Below, one piece after another: positions 15,743 through 25,659 of a stretch of 64,000 nt of DNA. The notes under the pieces are model-generated. The model searched no databases and was not told the DNA's origin. It saw only the letters and a list, made by a program, of their open reading frames with translations. The first letter of the stretch is position 1. Every line of letters begins with the position of its first letter. The stretch covers positions 36,400 to 100,399 of the forward strand of contig JACDOE010000010.1 in NCBI GenBank assembly GCA_017656255.1, read 5' to 3'. A program made the translations under genes and the position numbers. The DNA is from Bacillaceae bacterium (GTDB taxonomy: Bacteria > Bacillota > Bacilli > JACDOE01).

Positions 15743-18346
15743 TTATAACCTCGGGTCAATTTCTTTCTCTTTACTTACTTCAAATAGCATGTTAGCAACC
15801 ACCTGTTTATATTTATGATCTGACTCATTTATTTTATCTAAATGAAAGGCCAACATCTCTTTCCCAAGTTTGAATTCATTGATAGAGGTTTTTAGTTTCT
15901 TTGAAATATTTTTTTGCTTTAAAAGCTTGGCATATTTGTGTGGAAAGCGATAATCATATCCATAAACAATGGTTAAATAATCTGGATTGCGAACTTTCAT
16001 ATAAGGGGCAGTATCATCTGCCAATTTTTCAGGTTTAATCACGACACCTTCCATTTTTCTTTCTGTTGTCAAAGTCTTAAAAAAGGTTAAAGCTTTTTCA
16101 TAATAATCCTGTTCGTTTAAATCGATCAACATAAATTCATCATCAGATACAAACTTAAAAATTTCCGATGTTGATTCTGCAGGGATGATCTCTTCTCCAT
16201 TTTCCTTGACCATTTTTAAAATATTAAATGGTTTATAGTTAATCTCATCATCCTTTGCATAGAGCTCGATTTGTTCATGATATTTTTGATGGGCTTCCAC
16301 ATGTTTTTCTATTGGTTCATATGACTTTAACATAGTTTGCAACGCCTTATAAGTCTGGTAAGTGGCACCGCCAAACTTTTTAATCAAATCTTTCTTAGAC
16401 ATTGTTTGCTGATCGACTTCATAGTCACTTGATTTATATTGCTCAACAAGTTTTTGAAAGTGGGCATCAAAGCCTTGCTCCTTTAAAAAATCCAACTCTG
16501 TTTGTAAAGCTCTGTCTATAGTCCTAAATTGCTTTTCAATCAATTCCTCTCCCAAAATAGACCAGGGCAGTAATTCACCATCAAACACGATTGTTTTTAT
16601 TTTATTCTCTTTCATGTAATCCGAAAATTTATTTAACAGATTATCATATACCGGAGACAAATCCACTTTCTTAATTTTAAATCCATTTCGACTCACTGCA
16701 TAACATTGATCTAGTTCCCTTGCTAAGTAAATGTTACATCTTGACCCCATGTACTTCGGTTGCAAAACCACTTTATGGACGCCTTTTCTCTTAAAATACA
16801 ACAACCCCTGTTTTAAAGATTCCAATTCATTGCTATCCAAATCTTTGTCAGCCGGCGACATGGTACCAGAAATATAATTAATCTTATTTTTCAAGACATA
16901 ATTAAGGCGCTTTTGGTCCTGTTCATGTAAATCCTCGATGTTAACATGTTTATCTCTTTGTTTAAATAAAGTAGGTAAAGGTTCGTTCCAGTATTTACTA
17001 GTGCTTGTAATTCGCTGCTGTTTAAAAAACGGTCTCCAGGAGTCAATCACAACAGAAGAAAGAACATTTCCATTGGCAGCTCCCGTATCAATGTTAATCT
17101 TATTTTTAATTTGGACTATTTCTTTTACAGCAACATGTCCAAAAATATGATACGGATGATTTCCAACACTCTCTGACTCCAGAAAGTGCAATTGCTCCTC
17201 GTAGGGTTTTTCTCGATCAAGAACAAAGCTTCTTTGCTTTTTCAGAGACGTTTTATCTAACTTCCCTATATATTTGTTTTGACACGGAGCATGTGTCACA
17301 TAAAAGGAAGGCTTTTGTAATCCAATATACCTGTAGAATTCTTTCGAAGATTCAACGAGTCGGAAAAATTTGTGTTTTAAATCCTCATCCTTTTCAAAGA
17401 TTTCTATAGAGTCAAAGTAGTTGTCTAGTAAACTTGAATCTACTGAATTCTTATCAATTTCACCTTTCAAGTATTTGTAAACAAAATTCTCATGATTTCC
17501 TTTTACAAGCACAAAATGATCCATATTTTGTTCAATAAATTCTACCGTCTCTTTGGTAGCATTTCCTTTGTCAATCCAGTCTCCGTTAAGAATAATTTTA
17601 TATTCATCCGTTTTTTCAGTGGATAAAATACGATTATTTTCAATATTAAACCCATAGCTGATAAGCAGCTTTTTTAAATCAGCCACTTTTTCATGAACAT
17701 CTCCAACAATTATATATTTGTGTTCCTGCGGCAAAATATGACTGAGATAATGATCTAAATCCTCTATCATAATTTTATAATTTGCATTCGGTTCATTGGT
17801 ATCAGGGTTATAGAAATCCCGCTCCCTAATTTTGTGTATTCGACGAAATTTTGACTTTGAAATTTGTTTCAGAACCTCTCTTTTGAGACGAGTGACATGA
17901 TTTGAAATTAATCGTCTTGAACCACCTGAAGCATAGAAATCTTCTCTATTTTTAAAATCAAAAAGTATAGCTTCCAGGTTATATTGCTTTTCTTTAGCAA
18001 TTTCCATGATTTGCTCACGGAATTCTTCTGAAAGGCCAATTGTATCAACAATGACGAACTCGGCGTTAATTGGAAATGACGTAACGGCTTTTAGTTTCTC
18101 AAATAAAATATGAAAGGCTTGTTCGCTGCTTTCCATCATAATTCTGTCATGTTTGTCATATTCATGTCCCAAAATATCCTGCCTGATTTCATCAGAGGAA
18201 ATATATTGAACATTGGTTTTAAAGCCCCGATCCTTATCCTGAATAGAAAGTTGAGGCAACAATATTTCTTTAGCAAATGTTGATTTACCGGAATTAGTAG
18301 CACCAATTAACATAAATATGGTATGCATATTTGTTTTTAATTCCAT
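15743..18346 (-). CDS. pnkp: bacterial polynucleotide kinase-phosphatase (Pnkp): kinase + metallophosphoesterase + ligase/adenylyltransferase domains
   Basis: 867 aa. Contains an N-terminal P-loop 'IGATNSGKSTFA', central 'IIVGDVHE...GDWIDKG...GNHE' phosphoesterase motifs, and a C-terminal 'QPKYMGSRCNIY' ligase-like lysine motif. Confidence 0.85.
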   Translation of the reverse strand: MELKTNMHTIFMLIGATNSGKSTFAKEILLPQLSIQDKDRGFKTNVQYISSDEIRQDILGHEYDKHDRIMMESSEQAFHILFEKLKAVTSFPINAEFVIVDTIGLSEEFREQIMEIAKEKQYNLEAILFDFKNREDFYASGGSRRLISNHVTRLKREVLKQISKSKFRRIHKIRERDFYNPDTNEPNANYKIMIEDLDHYLSHILPQEHKYIIVGDVHEKVADLKKLLISYGFNIENNRILSTEKTDEYKIILNGDWIDKGNATKETVEFIEQNMDHFVLVKGNHENFVYKYLKGEIDKNSVDSSLLDNYFDSIEIFEKDEDLKHKFFRLVESSKEFYRYIGLQKPSFYVTHAPCQNKYIGKLDKTSLKKQRSFVLDREKPYEEQLHFLESESVGNHPYHIFGHVAVKEIVQIKNKINIDTGAANGNVLSSVVIDSWRPFFKQQRITSTSKYWNEPLPTLFKQRDKHVNIEDLHEQDQKRLNYVLKNKINYISGTMSPADKDLDSNELESLKQGLLYFKRKGVHKVVLQPKYMGSRCNIYLARELDQCYAVSRNGFKIKKVDLSPVYDNLLNKFSDYMKENKIKTIVFDGELLPWSILGEELIEKQFRTIDRALQTELDFLKEQGFDAHFQKLVEQYKSSDYEVDQQTMSKKDLIKKFGGATYQTYKALQTMLKSYEPIEKHVEAHQKYHEQIELYAKDDEINYKPFNILKMVKENGEEIIPAESTSEIFKFVSDDEFMLIDLNEQDYYEKALTFFKTLTTERKMEGVVIKPEKLADDTAPYMKVRNPDYLTIVYGYDYRFPHKYAKLLKQKNISKKLKTSINEFKLGKEMLAFHLDKINESDHKYKQVVANMLFEVSKEKEIDPRL

Positions 18347-19618
18347 TTACTTTTCACCTCTTGCTTTAACCAAAACTCCCTGAGTGGTATAAACCCCGTC
18401 TACACAATCGCCAATACTTAAATGATGAATCTCAAAATCTCGTTCATCAAAAATCTCACTTATCCATTGTTTAAATTCATTTGTCCCCATTTCCCATTTA
18501 TGATCTTCATGCCGATATTCATCCAGGGAATAATACTTATTAAAATCATGATTTGGAGTCGTTATAATAATGGATTCAAAATGAATGTCATCAAGAATTG
18601 TTAAAATTAGTTTTTTAGCCTCATCCTTCTCCATGTGTTCAATGACTTCTGTAAGGATGACATCAACTAATTCCCCATTGTAATCTTCAATAAAATCCTC
18701 AATGGATCCATAAGTTAATATATTTTCAATACCCCTTTTTTTAATTCTTGCATCCAGCGAACGAATGATATCTTCATCAATGTCAATGGCATAATAGTAT
18801 TTGTCACCTATACTTTCGGAGAAAAGAAAGGCATAATAACCTTCCCCACATCCAACATCAACAATTGGTTTGTTGAAGGGTAATAACTTTTTTATCGCTT
18901 CTCTTCTTTGGTGAGCTGTATGTCCGTAAGAAAAGTTTATGTCATACCTTTGTGTTTCTTCCAGGCTTTCTTTAAATTTTGAAAATAATTTCCTGCTGGT
19001 AAGTATGTTTCGTGCAAACAGATACCTTATAAAAAACGGAGCATCCAGGACTTTAATTTGATTAACATACTTTTCAATCAAACTATCTGTAACATCAAGG
19101 TATTCGTTACCTATTAAAGATAAAAATAAAAACAATAGATTAGCTGTATTCAATAAATCATAAATACTTTTGTTCGTTTTGATTTTAATTGAATAGCTCT
19201 TGTGAGATTGATGAATCATTTCGATAGAGAAATCCTCAAAATGTTTGCTAAAAAAATCTATATATCTTGGTAGTGTGATATGAACCATATTCACAAATAA
19301 TTCATTTTCATATCCTTCAAGATCATTATCATACCGGTTTTTGATTGTGGAATTAAAGAATTCTGTCATTGCGTTTAATGGAAAAAGAGGTGTATTATAT
19401 CTTGAAACATTTAGATATTCAAAGCTTTCTTCTTTATGTTGCTTGTAAGATATCTCGTTGTCAGCGTCCTTAAAATATATATTGTAGGTTTGATCATCAG
19501 AATACCAGCCAAACGCAATTCCCTGTCTGACTGTACGCAACATCATGCCTGAAGCTGGATTTTTGCGTATTAAAAAAGAAAAGTGCGGATTCGTTGATTT
19601 TAACTGAACAATAGCCAT
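18347..19618 (-). CDS. hen1: Hen1 3'-terminal RNA ribose 2'-O-methyltransferase
   Basis: 423 aa. The N-terminal 'FSFLIRKNPASGMMLRTVRQGIAFGWY' is Hen1-type, and the C-terminal SAM motif is 'IVDVGCGEGYY'. The stop codon abuts the pnkp start codon. Confidence 0.8.
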   Translation of the reverse strand: MAIVQLKSTNPHFSFLIRKNPASGMMLRTVRQGIAFGWYSDDQTYNIYFKDADNEISYKQHKEESFEYLNVSRYNTPLFPLNAMTEFFNSTIKNRYDNDLEGYENELFVNMVHITLPRYIDFFSKHFEDFSIEMIHQSHKSYSIKIKTNKSIYDLLNTANLLFLFLSLIGNEYLDVTDSLIEKYVNQIKVLDAPFFIRYLFARNILTSRKLFSKFKESLEETQRYDINFSYGHTAHQRREAIKKLLPFNKPIVDVGCGEGYYAFLFSESIGDKYYYAIDIDEDIIRSLDARIKKRGIENILTYGSIEDFIEDYNGELVDVILTEVIEHMEKDEAKKLILTILDDIHFESIIITTPNHDFNKYYSLDEYRHEDHKWEMGTNEFKQWISEIFDERDFEIHHLSIGDCVDGVYTTQGVLVKARGEK

Positions 19619-19773
19619 CTACTTTCACTCCTGTTATTTCCCTCAATCATTTTCCAATAAACCAATAAACTTTAATTGCTATACTAACCTGATTCCCAGT
19701 TCAAAAGAATAATCAAATAAAATATGAAAAGAGGAAAAATGTAGTCCCCTTTTCCTAGTGCTTGGTAAAAATA

Positions 19774-21105
19774 TCATGCTTTTGAAGATATACAACACAA
19801 CATAAAGAGACCAATTATGAATCCATATAAGATTAAAATCCAGTAGCATAAACTTAACACATACTTTCTTTTGATTCGTCGTCTCATCTGAATCCAATAT
19901 TCAATTATAGAGGCTTTAAGTAATATTCGGACATAAAAAAATTGATATATCATAACTAGCAATATAATCCCCGCTGTCATTATTGTCGCAAGTAACAACT
20001 TGAACCAAAAAGAAACAGTTTGAATATCAATCATCATAATAAATAGTAATATGCTGCCCCCTGTTCCTAATGCAATCAGTAACAGCATAGATAAAGAAGC
20101 AATAATTCTTTTAGATAGGGAAATATGGTCAATATTTAACGTTTCCTCCAAAACTTCTTTGTTCTCCTCATGATTTTTTAGTTCGTCAAGATTTTCAATA
20201 CCTCTTAAATCAAAAAAGTCTCTAAACTTATCTAAAAACCACTTAGCTATATCATGTGCATCTTTTTCAAGTTCTTCAGAACGAAGAGATAATTGGATAT
20301 ACTTTTCATCTTTATCTGTCGTGTCTTCAATAACACCTTTAACTCCCTCTCCCCTTCTATCAATCTGGATATACATAAGTAATTGATCCTCTTTAATTTG
20401 AAAAATTATCTGAATTTCATCCATCTTATCCCATAGAATTTCCTTTATCGGTTTAAAATCGTATATAAACATAAAAGGTTTCTCATCACTATAGGTATAA
20501 AAAGAGTTGAAATTCATTCTCATATTATCAATAGACACATGGGATTCTGTTTTTAAATTCTTTTTATATCCTTGCCAATTTTTAAACTGATACAAAATGT
20601 AAGATAATGAAAAACCAAGTTCTTTCTGAAGAGCTTCAATTACTTTTTGTACCCATGGATGAGGGAAAACATTAATTTCGTTATATTCCTTCCAATTTGG
20701 CCACTTGTCAAGGGAGCATATCGTGTCAATCGATATATGAAAGAATCCTTTAGAAACCAAATCCTTATCTCCATTTTCTGATTCTTTTACATTGTGAACG
20801 GCAATAGGGGTATCATAGGGAACCTGAAAAGAAAAGGAAAATTCTAATTTTTCACCAATTTCAATTTTACGTTCTTTTGCAATCGTAGTTTTTAACAGTG
20901 GGACACGAGAATATATTAAGTCGTCACGGGTATCCATTTTTGTTGTAATCTGAATGACTAATTCCTTAATTATTCTTTCCTGTATTCCTCCCTGAACTAT
21001 TACTTTGCCCGATACTTGTTCACCGGGGCGGTAATAATTTTTATCCAGAATAGTCTTGATTGCTATATCTCCATGTCTTAGCCTCCAAAGCTTTTTTCTT
21101 AACAT
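19774..21105 (-). CDS. Spo0M-like (arrestin-fold) protein with C-terminal multi-pass membrane region
   Basis: The N-terminus 'ILDKNYYRPGEQVSGKVIVQGGIQERIIKELVIQI...FSFQVPYDTPIAV' resembles Spo0M. The last 120 aa or so contain 3-4 hydrophobic helices. Confidence 0.6.
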   Translation of the reverse strand: MLRKKLWRLRHGDIAIKTILDKNYYRPGEQVSGKVIVQGGIQERIIKELVIQITTKMDTRDDLIYSRVPLLKTTIAKERKIEIGEKLEFSFSFQVPYDTPIAVHNVKESENGDKDLVSKGFFHISIDTICSLDKWPNWKEYNEINVFPHPWVQKVIEALQKELGFSLSYILYQFKNWQGYKKNLKTESHVSIDNMRMNFNSFYTYSDEKPFMFIYDFKPIKEILWDKMDEIQIIFQIKEDQLLMYIQIDRRGEGVKGVIEDTTDKDEKYIQLSLRSEELEKDAHDIAKWFLDKFRDFFDLRGIENLDELKNHEENKEVLEETLNIDHISLSKRIIASLSMLLLIALGTGGSILLFIMMIDIQTVSFWFKLLLATIMTAGIILLVMIYQFFYVRILLKASIIEYWIQMRRRIKRKYVLSLCYWILILYGFIIGLFMLCCISSKA

Positions 21106-21294
21106 ATTTTCACCTACTCCTTAAAAGCCTTTTATCAATTTCATATTCTACAAATTTCAACAATTACCTTTAAGTAGAAAAGGCATAAAGAAAGGAGATA
21201 AATATTGCCGCTAATCCCCATGGCTAAATAATGGGCCAAAAGAGAGTAAGATTGCAGATTGTCCTTATTATTATTTTGATCTGGCCAGTACATA

Positions 21295-21643
21295 TCAGGG
21301 TGCTCTATAAGATATTCCTTTTAATCTTTGTAGTCGAATCTTTTGATACCCCCCATCTGAACTCTCGGAAGTGACAATTTCGATGTTAGCACCTAAATCT
21401 TTTAAACGGTTATATAATTATATCCCTTGATAACATTCTTAGAGCTATTTCAAATGTCCCCGATGTCGTTTATAATATGACTACCTTTTCTTATAAACTT
21501 CTTTTCTTCTGCTTTTTGTAGAATATGTTTTAGGTTAACTTCATAATATAAAAACTTGCCCCCAAACAAATTTTTCTCTAATGGTCTATTCCAGGTAATA
21601 CATAATCTGAAAAAGGCCAACCTTTTGTAGGAAAGCCAAACAT
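21295..21643 (-). pseudogene. degraded ORF of unknown family
   Basis: An ATG at 21643 preceded by AGGGAGGG begins 'MFGFPTKGWPFSDY'. The reading then continues only by switching frames at least three times ('ITWNRPLEKNLFGGKFLYYEVNLKHILQKAEEKKFIRKG...', 'YNRLKDLGANIEIVTSESSDGGYQKIRLQRLKG'). Confidence 0.3.
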
Positions 21644-21664
21644 ATAAATACCCTCCCTAAAAAA

Positions 21665-22810
21665 TCAAAAAGATAAACCTTTAAAACCATGAGAGGTGGA
21701 AATGGCCAGGATTCTGTCAGATTCATCCACCTCATGTTTAAGTTGTGTGATAGCACTCCAGATCGTGGCTGACGACGTTTCCAAATACAATCCATATCTC
21801 CCTAATTCCTGTTGACTTTGCAACGCATTTTGAAGGTTAACGACTTTGACCAGGCCCTTTGTATCAGTAATCGTCTTTTTTAACTGATACGTTACCGTTG
21901 ACCCACTGATAGAAGGAAGGCCATCAGATACACCTGCAAAATGATTTCTGTAATCTTCACCTTTTATGACACGCGTTAATCTGGGAAACGGTTCCACCGC
22001 TACAAATTTTGGGATTTCATTAATCCATCCAAGTTCTCTGGCGTCCCTGAAACCGCGATATATGCCCCAGATTAAATCGCCTCGAGAAGCTGGCGCTACA
22101 ATAATACTCGGCAGCGTCTCTTTCAGTTCTTCCATAATTTCATAGGCAATCGTTTTATATCCTTCAACCCCAAACACATGACTGCCGACGGGTGGGTTAA
22201 TGAAATTTGTTGCAGGATACCACCCTTTGTTTGAAACGGCTTTCTCCATACAGTCCCAGCGACTCAATGAAGTTTGCGTATAAATCATTTTGGCTCCGGT
22301 CATTTTAATCGCTTTAGAGTATGTCTTCTGAATGGCATCCGTAGCGATAATGACACATTTCAGACCAGAAGCAGCACTATAACTGGCTATCGACACGCCG
22401 GCATTGCCTGATGAAGCGGCCACCACTGTCGAATACCCCATGTTCTTCGCTCTTGCCATGATGAGAGGACTCATTCGATCTTTGTGAGAACCGGTCGGAT
22501 TTTGAGCTTCATTTTTGATCCAGACATGGCGAACACCGATTTGTCTGGCTAAATCCCTTAATTCCATGATAGGAGTCGATCCTTCTCCCAATGTAGGAAA
22601 AGAACGATAAGGCAATAAATCGGTGTATCTTTGTAAGCCTCTTTGTGACCGGTCAATATTAACTTTTTGATAATCATACAGAGCAGTCAAACTGGCCGGA
22701 TACCCTTCTTCCAGACAAAGAGGACATCCTTTGAAATAATCTTTGACTTCAAAGATAGAATGACATCGAATGCATTGGAAACCGATCATATTTTTGTTTA
22801 ATTGATACAT
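21665..22810 (-). CDS. threonine synthase-like PLP-dependent enzyme with N-terminal zinc ribbon
   Basis: Contains 'FQCIRCHS...CPLC', 'NPTGSHKDRMS' (PLP lysine) and 'SSGNAGVSIA'. I chose the start at 22810 (MYQLNK...) because it sits 9 nt after GAAGGGG; the longest ORF reaches 22894. Confidence 0.7.
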   Translation of the reverse strand: MYQLNKNMIGFQCIRCHSIFEVKDYFKGCPLCLEEGYPASLTALYDYQKVNIDRSQRGLQRYTDLLPYRSFPTLGEGSTPIMELRDLARQIGVRHVWIKNEAQNPTGSHKDRMSPLIMARAKNMGYSTVVAASSGNAGVSIASYSAASGLKCVIIATDAIQKTYSKAIKMTGAKMIYTQTSLSRWDCMEKAVSNKGWYPATNFINPPVGSHVFGVEGYKTIAYEIMEELKETLPSIIVAPASRGDLIWGIYRGFRDARELGWINEIPKFVAVEPFPRLTRVIKGEDYRNHFAGVSDGLPSISGSTVTYQLKKTITDTKGLVKVVNLQNALQSQQELGRYGLYLETSSATIWSAITQLKHEVDESDRILAISTSHGFKGLSF

Positions 22811-23116
22811 GTTTAAAATCCCCTTCATGGAAATATGTTTTGAATCAAAACCCCAACAAAACATATACCGGATAAAGCTAAGCCAGGCCGCCATTCACAT
22901 CCCTGTCAGACCCGGACCTTATTCCATGCCTCCCTGCACTATTTGACAACCACCCAGTAAAATCCTTCCTTATAATGATTAAATCCCCATCAACCTAAAT
23001 ACATCCAAAGACTATACCGAAGTATAATATCTTCCACCGGTGCACCGTGATACATTATTGACAAAGAGATGTTTTCAGGAGAGAAACGGAAACATCAATT
23101 AAAAGGAGAGATCATT

Positions 23117-23440
23117 TTGCTTGAAGAAAAAGTGGAAACGAAAGACGTTGAGGAAAACAAAGCGATGGGGATACTGGCTTACATTTTGTTTTTCATCCCC
23201 CTGCTTGCTGCCAGAGAATCAAAGTTTGCTATGTACCATGCCAACCAGGGGCTAAACCTGTTCTTAACCAGCGTGATCATAAACGTTGTCGGTACTATCA
23301 TTCCCCTTCTGGGCTGGCTGCTCATCCTGCCGATCGGAAACCTGTTTGTCATCATCCTGGCCGTCATGGGAATTATTCATGCGGCAAAAGGGGAAACCAA
23401 ACCGCTCCCCATTATCGGAAAATACAAACTGCTGAAATAA
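23117..23440 (+). CDS. DUF4870-like small membrane protein
   Basis: Contains 'GILAYILFFIPLLAARESKFAMYHANQGLNLFL'. I chose the TTG at 23117 because it sits 6-7 nt after AAAGGAGAG. Confidence 0.6.
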   Translation: MLEEKVETKDVEENKAMGILAYILFFIPLLAARESKFAMYHANQGLNLFLTSVIINVVGTIIPLLGWLLILPIGNLFVIILAVMGIIHAAKGETKPLPIIGKYKLLK

Positions 23441-23513
23441 CCAAACCTGCCATCGAGTATGCAGATATCGAGTTGGCCAGGATATCTGCATCTCATCCCA
23501 TTATCCCGTCATC

Positions 23514-25544
23514 TCACATAAACCGTTTCATCAATTGTAACCGGTTCTTGACCCCGGTCTTTTTAAGAATGCTGCTGACATGCTTTTTCACCGTAATCTC
23601 CGTGACATGCAGCTGTTTCGCTATCTCTTTATTGGAGAGCTCCTGCAGGATCAGTTTGACAATTTCTTTTTCCCGTTCCGTCAATTGAAACTGTTCAGCC
23701 AGCTCATGCAGATTCTGATCCTCAGCAAACAGGTGGGACGTGATCTTCTTAAGATAGTGAGCCAGTTTCGGCCCGCGCAAATCCAGCACATAAGTGGGAG
23801 AGGGCTGATCAGGACCGTAGTCATAGTGAGTGGCACCATCCACCTGTTGATATCCCATTCGTTTGTTAAGTTCCTGATAAAAAGGGATCGGCGTAGATAC
23901 AATAATGCGTCCACCGGTGAGAAGAAGAGGAAAGAGGTTATACAGGAGAAACGAGCGGATATCCGCATTGGTCGGATCAAGAACATCCAGCATCCGGATA
24001 AACCACCCGGCACACCGATCTTCTCGGACCGCATATTCCTTTTCTTCATCCGGGCTTAGACGGCTAAAATACGCTCTCGAGACAGGCTCCGTTTTCAGGT
24101 GAGGCAGAGTGCGTTCATTGATGGGGACAATGATGGACAGACCCAGCGTCTCACCCTGCCTGTTTTTAACCAGTTTTGCCGAATCATACCCCATTTTTTT
24201 CACATAATCGGCACCGATTAATTCCGATTCCTTTTTGTTATGCTGGGCTGTAACATAATAATGATACATTTCATCGGTTTCCCGGTTATAAAAATGGGCA
24301 CTTGTTTCGATCGCCTGTTTTTTTCGCCTGTCAAAGTACTCTTCTATCTCGTGAAAATTGTGGGGCCCTACGTGTTCAATATACTTGTCATCATCCAGCG
24401 CCCCCTGGAAAAAGGTGGATTGAATAACCCTGTCCCCCATATGGTAAAAGAACTGGGCCACATCCCAGTAGGATACAGATTGTTCGTTAATTTTGTTGTA
24501 ATAATAAGTCATGGCTCGCTGGCGCAAAGCCTGGCACCGATCCGGATTTCGCTGTTGCAATTCAACTTTAATGGCATCACCGATCAATTCATGCAACATC
24601 CAGCCACGGCTGTTCTTTTTAATAAAGGAGAGTGAGACGAATGCTTTAAATTGAGAGGCGGAAATTTCCTGCTCCAGCAGAAATGAAAGAGAGGATTGAT
24701 CGAAGTGTCCCATGACGGCCGCCGCTTCCAGCATATCATGCCACTCCGGTTCCGATACTTCTTCCAGCCATTTGTGGGTAAGCTCCGTTAAGATATCTAT
24801 TTTTTCATCTGCTTCCGGGAGAGATGACAGATTTTCCTCCCCGGCCATCACGGCCAGCGACAGCGTGAGCGGGTGTCCCTGGCTGAACAGCCACAGATTA
24901 CGAATCGTCCTGTCTTCTTTAATGTCATAGCGATTTAAATACTGGCGGGTTTGCGAACGGGTAAACTCCTTAATCTCAAGCTTTTGGACCATCCTTCGCC
25001 ACGCCGGCGATTGCGACCAGGTTCCGGACAACGGAAACCGGCCGGCAAGGATGATCTTCACCTGCCCGGGGAGTTGTTCCAGAAAGAACTCTCGAATCCA
25101 GCGATCCATATCACCCATTTTTTCATAGGTGTCAATGGCGATAACCACCCGGTTATCCCGGACCAGCTTTTCCAGCATATTGACCACGTAGGTCAGACTA
25201 CTGGAATGGTTTGAAAGTGGCATGTTCAACTGGCTCTCCAGCGCAGCCAGCAGATTGTGGGCCAGTGTAAATGGTGAGTGCAGAAAGTCCTGGCTGTCCA
25301 GCATCAGGAAAATCACATCTTTTTCACGTTCAGCCACCCTCTGAAAGGCGTGAAGCAGATACGTCTTGCCGGTTCCACCGGTTCCGTACAGATTGAGAAC
25401 ACGTGGGGTTTCTTCACGTTGTTGAAGAAAACGGCGAAATACATCCAATTCTTTTTCCCGTCCGACAAAGAAATGCTCTTCCATCCTGCTTACAGCCGAA
25501 CCCATTTTTCCCACTTGCTTGTTCGGCTCTTTAGAAACTTCCAT
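23514..25544 (-). CDS. LuxR-family transcriptional regulator with N-terminal STAND/AAA ATPase (MalT-like)
   Basis: 676 aa with Walker A 'LYGTGGTGKTYLL' and a C-terminal LuxR HTH 'LTEREKEIVKLILQELSNKEIAKQLHVTEITVKKHVSSILKK'. Confidence 0.8.
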   Translation of the reverse strand: MEVSKEPNKQVGKMGSAVSRMEEHFFVGREKELDVFRRFLQQREETPRVLNLYGTGGTGKTYLLHAFQRVAEREKDVIFLMLDSQDFLHSPFTLAHNLLAALESQLNMPLSNHSSSLTYVVNMLEKLVRDNRVVIAIDTYEKMGDMDRWIREFFLEQLPGQVKIILAGRFPLSGTWSQSPAWRRMVQKLEIKEFTRSQTRQYLNRYDIKEDRTIRNLWLFSQGHPLTLSLAVMAGEENLSSLPEADEKIDILTELTHKWLEEVSEPEWHDMLEAAAVMGHFDQSSLSFLLEQEISASQFKAFVSLSFIKKNSRGWMLHELIGDAIKVELQQRNPDRCQALRQRAMTYYYNKINEQSVSYWDVAQFFYHMGDRVIQSTFFQGALDDDKYIEHVGPHNFHEIEEYFDRRKKQAIETSAHFYNRETDEMYHYYVTAQHNKKESELIGADYVKKMGYDSAKLVKNRQGETLGLSIIVPINERTLPHLKTEPVSRAYFSRLSPDEEKEYAVREDRCAGWFIRMLDVLDPTNADIRSFLLYNLFPLLLTGGRIIVSTPIPFYQELNKRMGYQQVDGATHYDYGPDQPSPTYVLDLRGPKLAHYLKKITSHLFAEDQNLHELAEQFQLTEREKEIVKLILQELSNKEIAKQLHVTEITVKKHVSSILKKTGVKNRLQLMKRFM

Positions 25545-25659
25545 TTCGCCTCAACTCAGCCCCCTTAACATAATGGTTAAATTAAATTTTACCAGCTATA
25601 CGATAAAAAGAAAGAGAAATATACATAAAATATCATTAAATAGACGGTAATCAGATGAC

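Noticed and set aside
3921-21660. A skin-type site-specific recombinase (SpoIVCA-like serine recombinase) or tyrosine integrase that would explain the sigK rearrangement
   Set aside because: I read all ORFs of 60 aa or more on both strands of the AT-rich tract. None shows resolvase/invertase N-terminal motifs or the R..HxxR..Y integrase pattern. Only degenerate IS4-like debris is present. A recombinase outside the window cannot be excluded.
21665-22894. N-terminally extended versions of several ORFs from the track (for example 409 aa here, 383 aa for the ABC permease, 631 aa for the acyl-CoA dehydrogenase, 671 aa for the reductase)
   Set aside because: Internal start codons have proper Shine-Dalgarno sequences and give N-termini matching the family. 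The extensions overlap upstream genes or lack RBSs.
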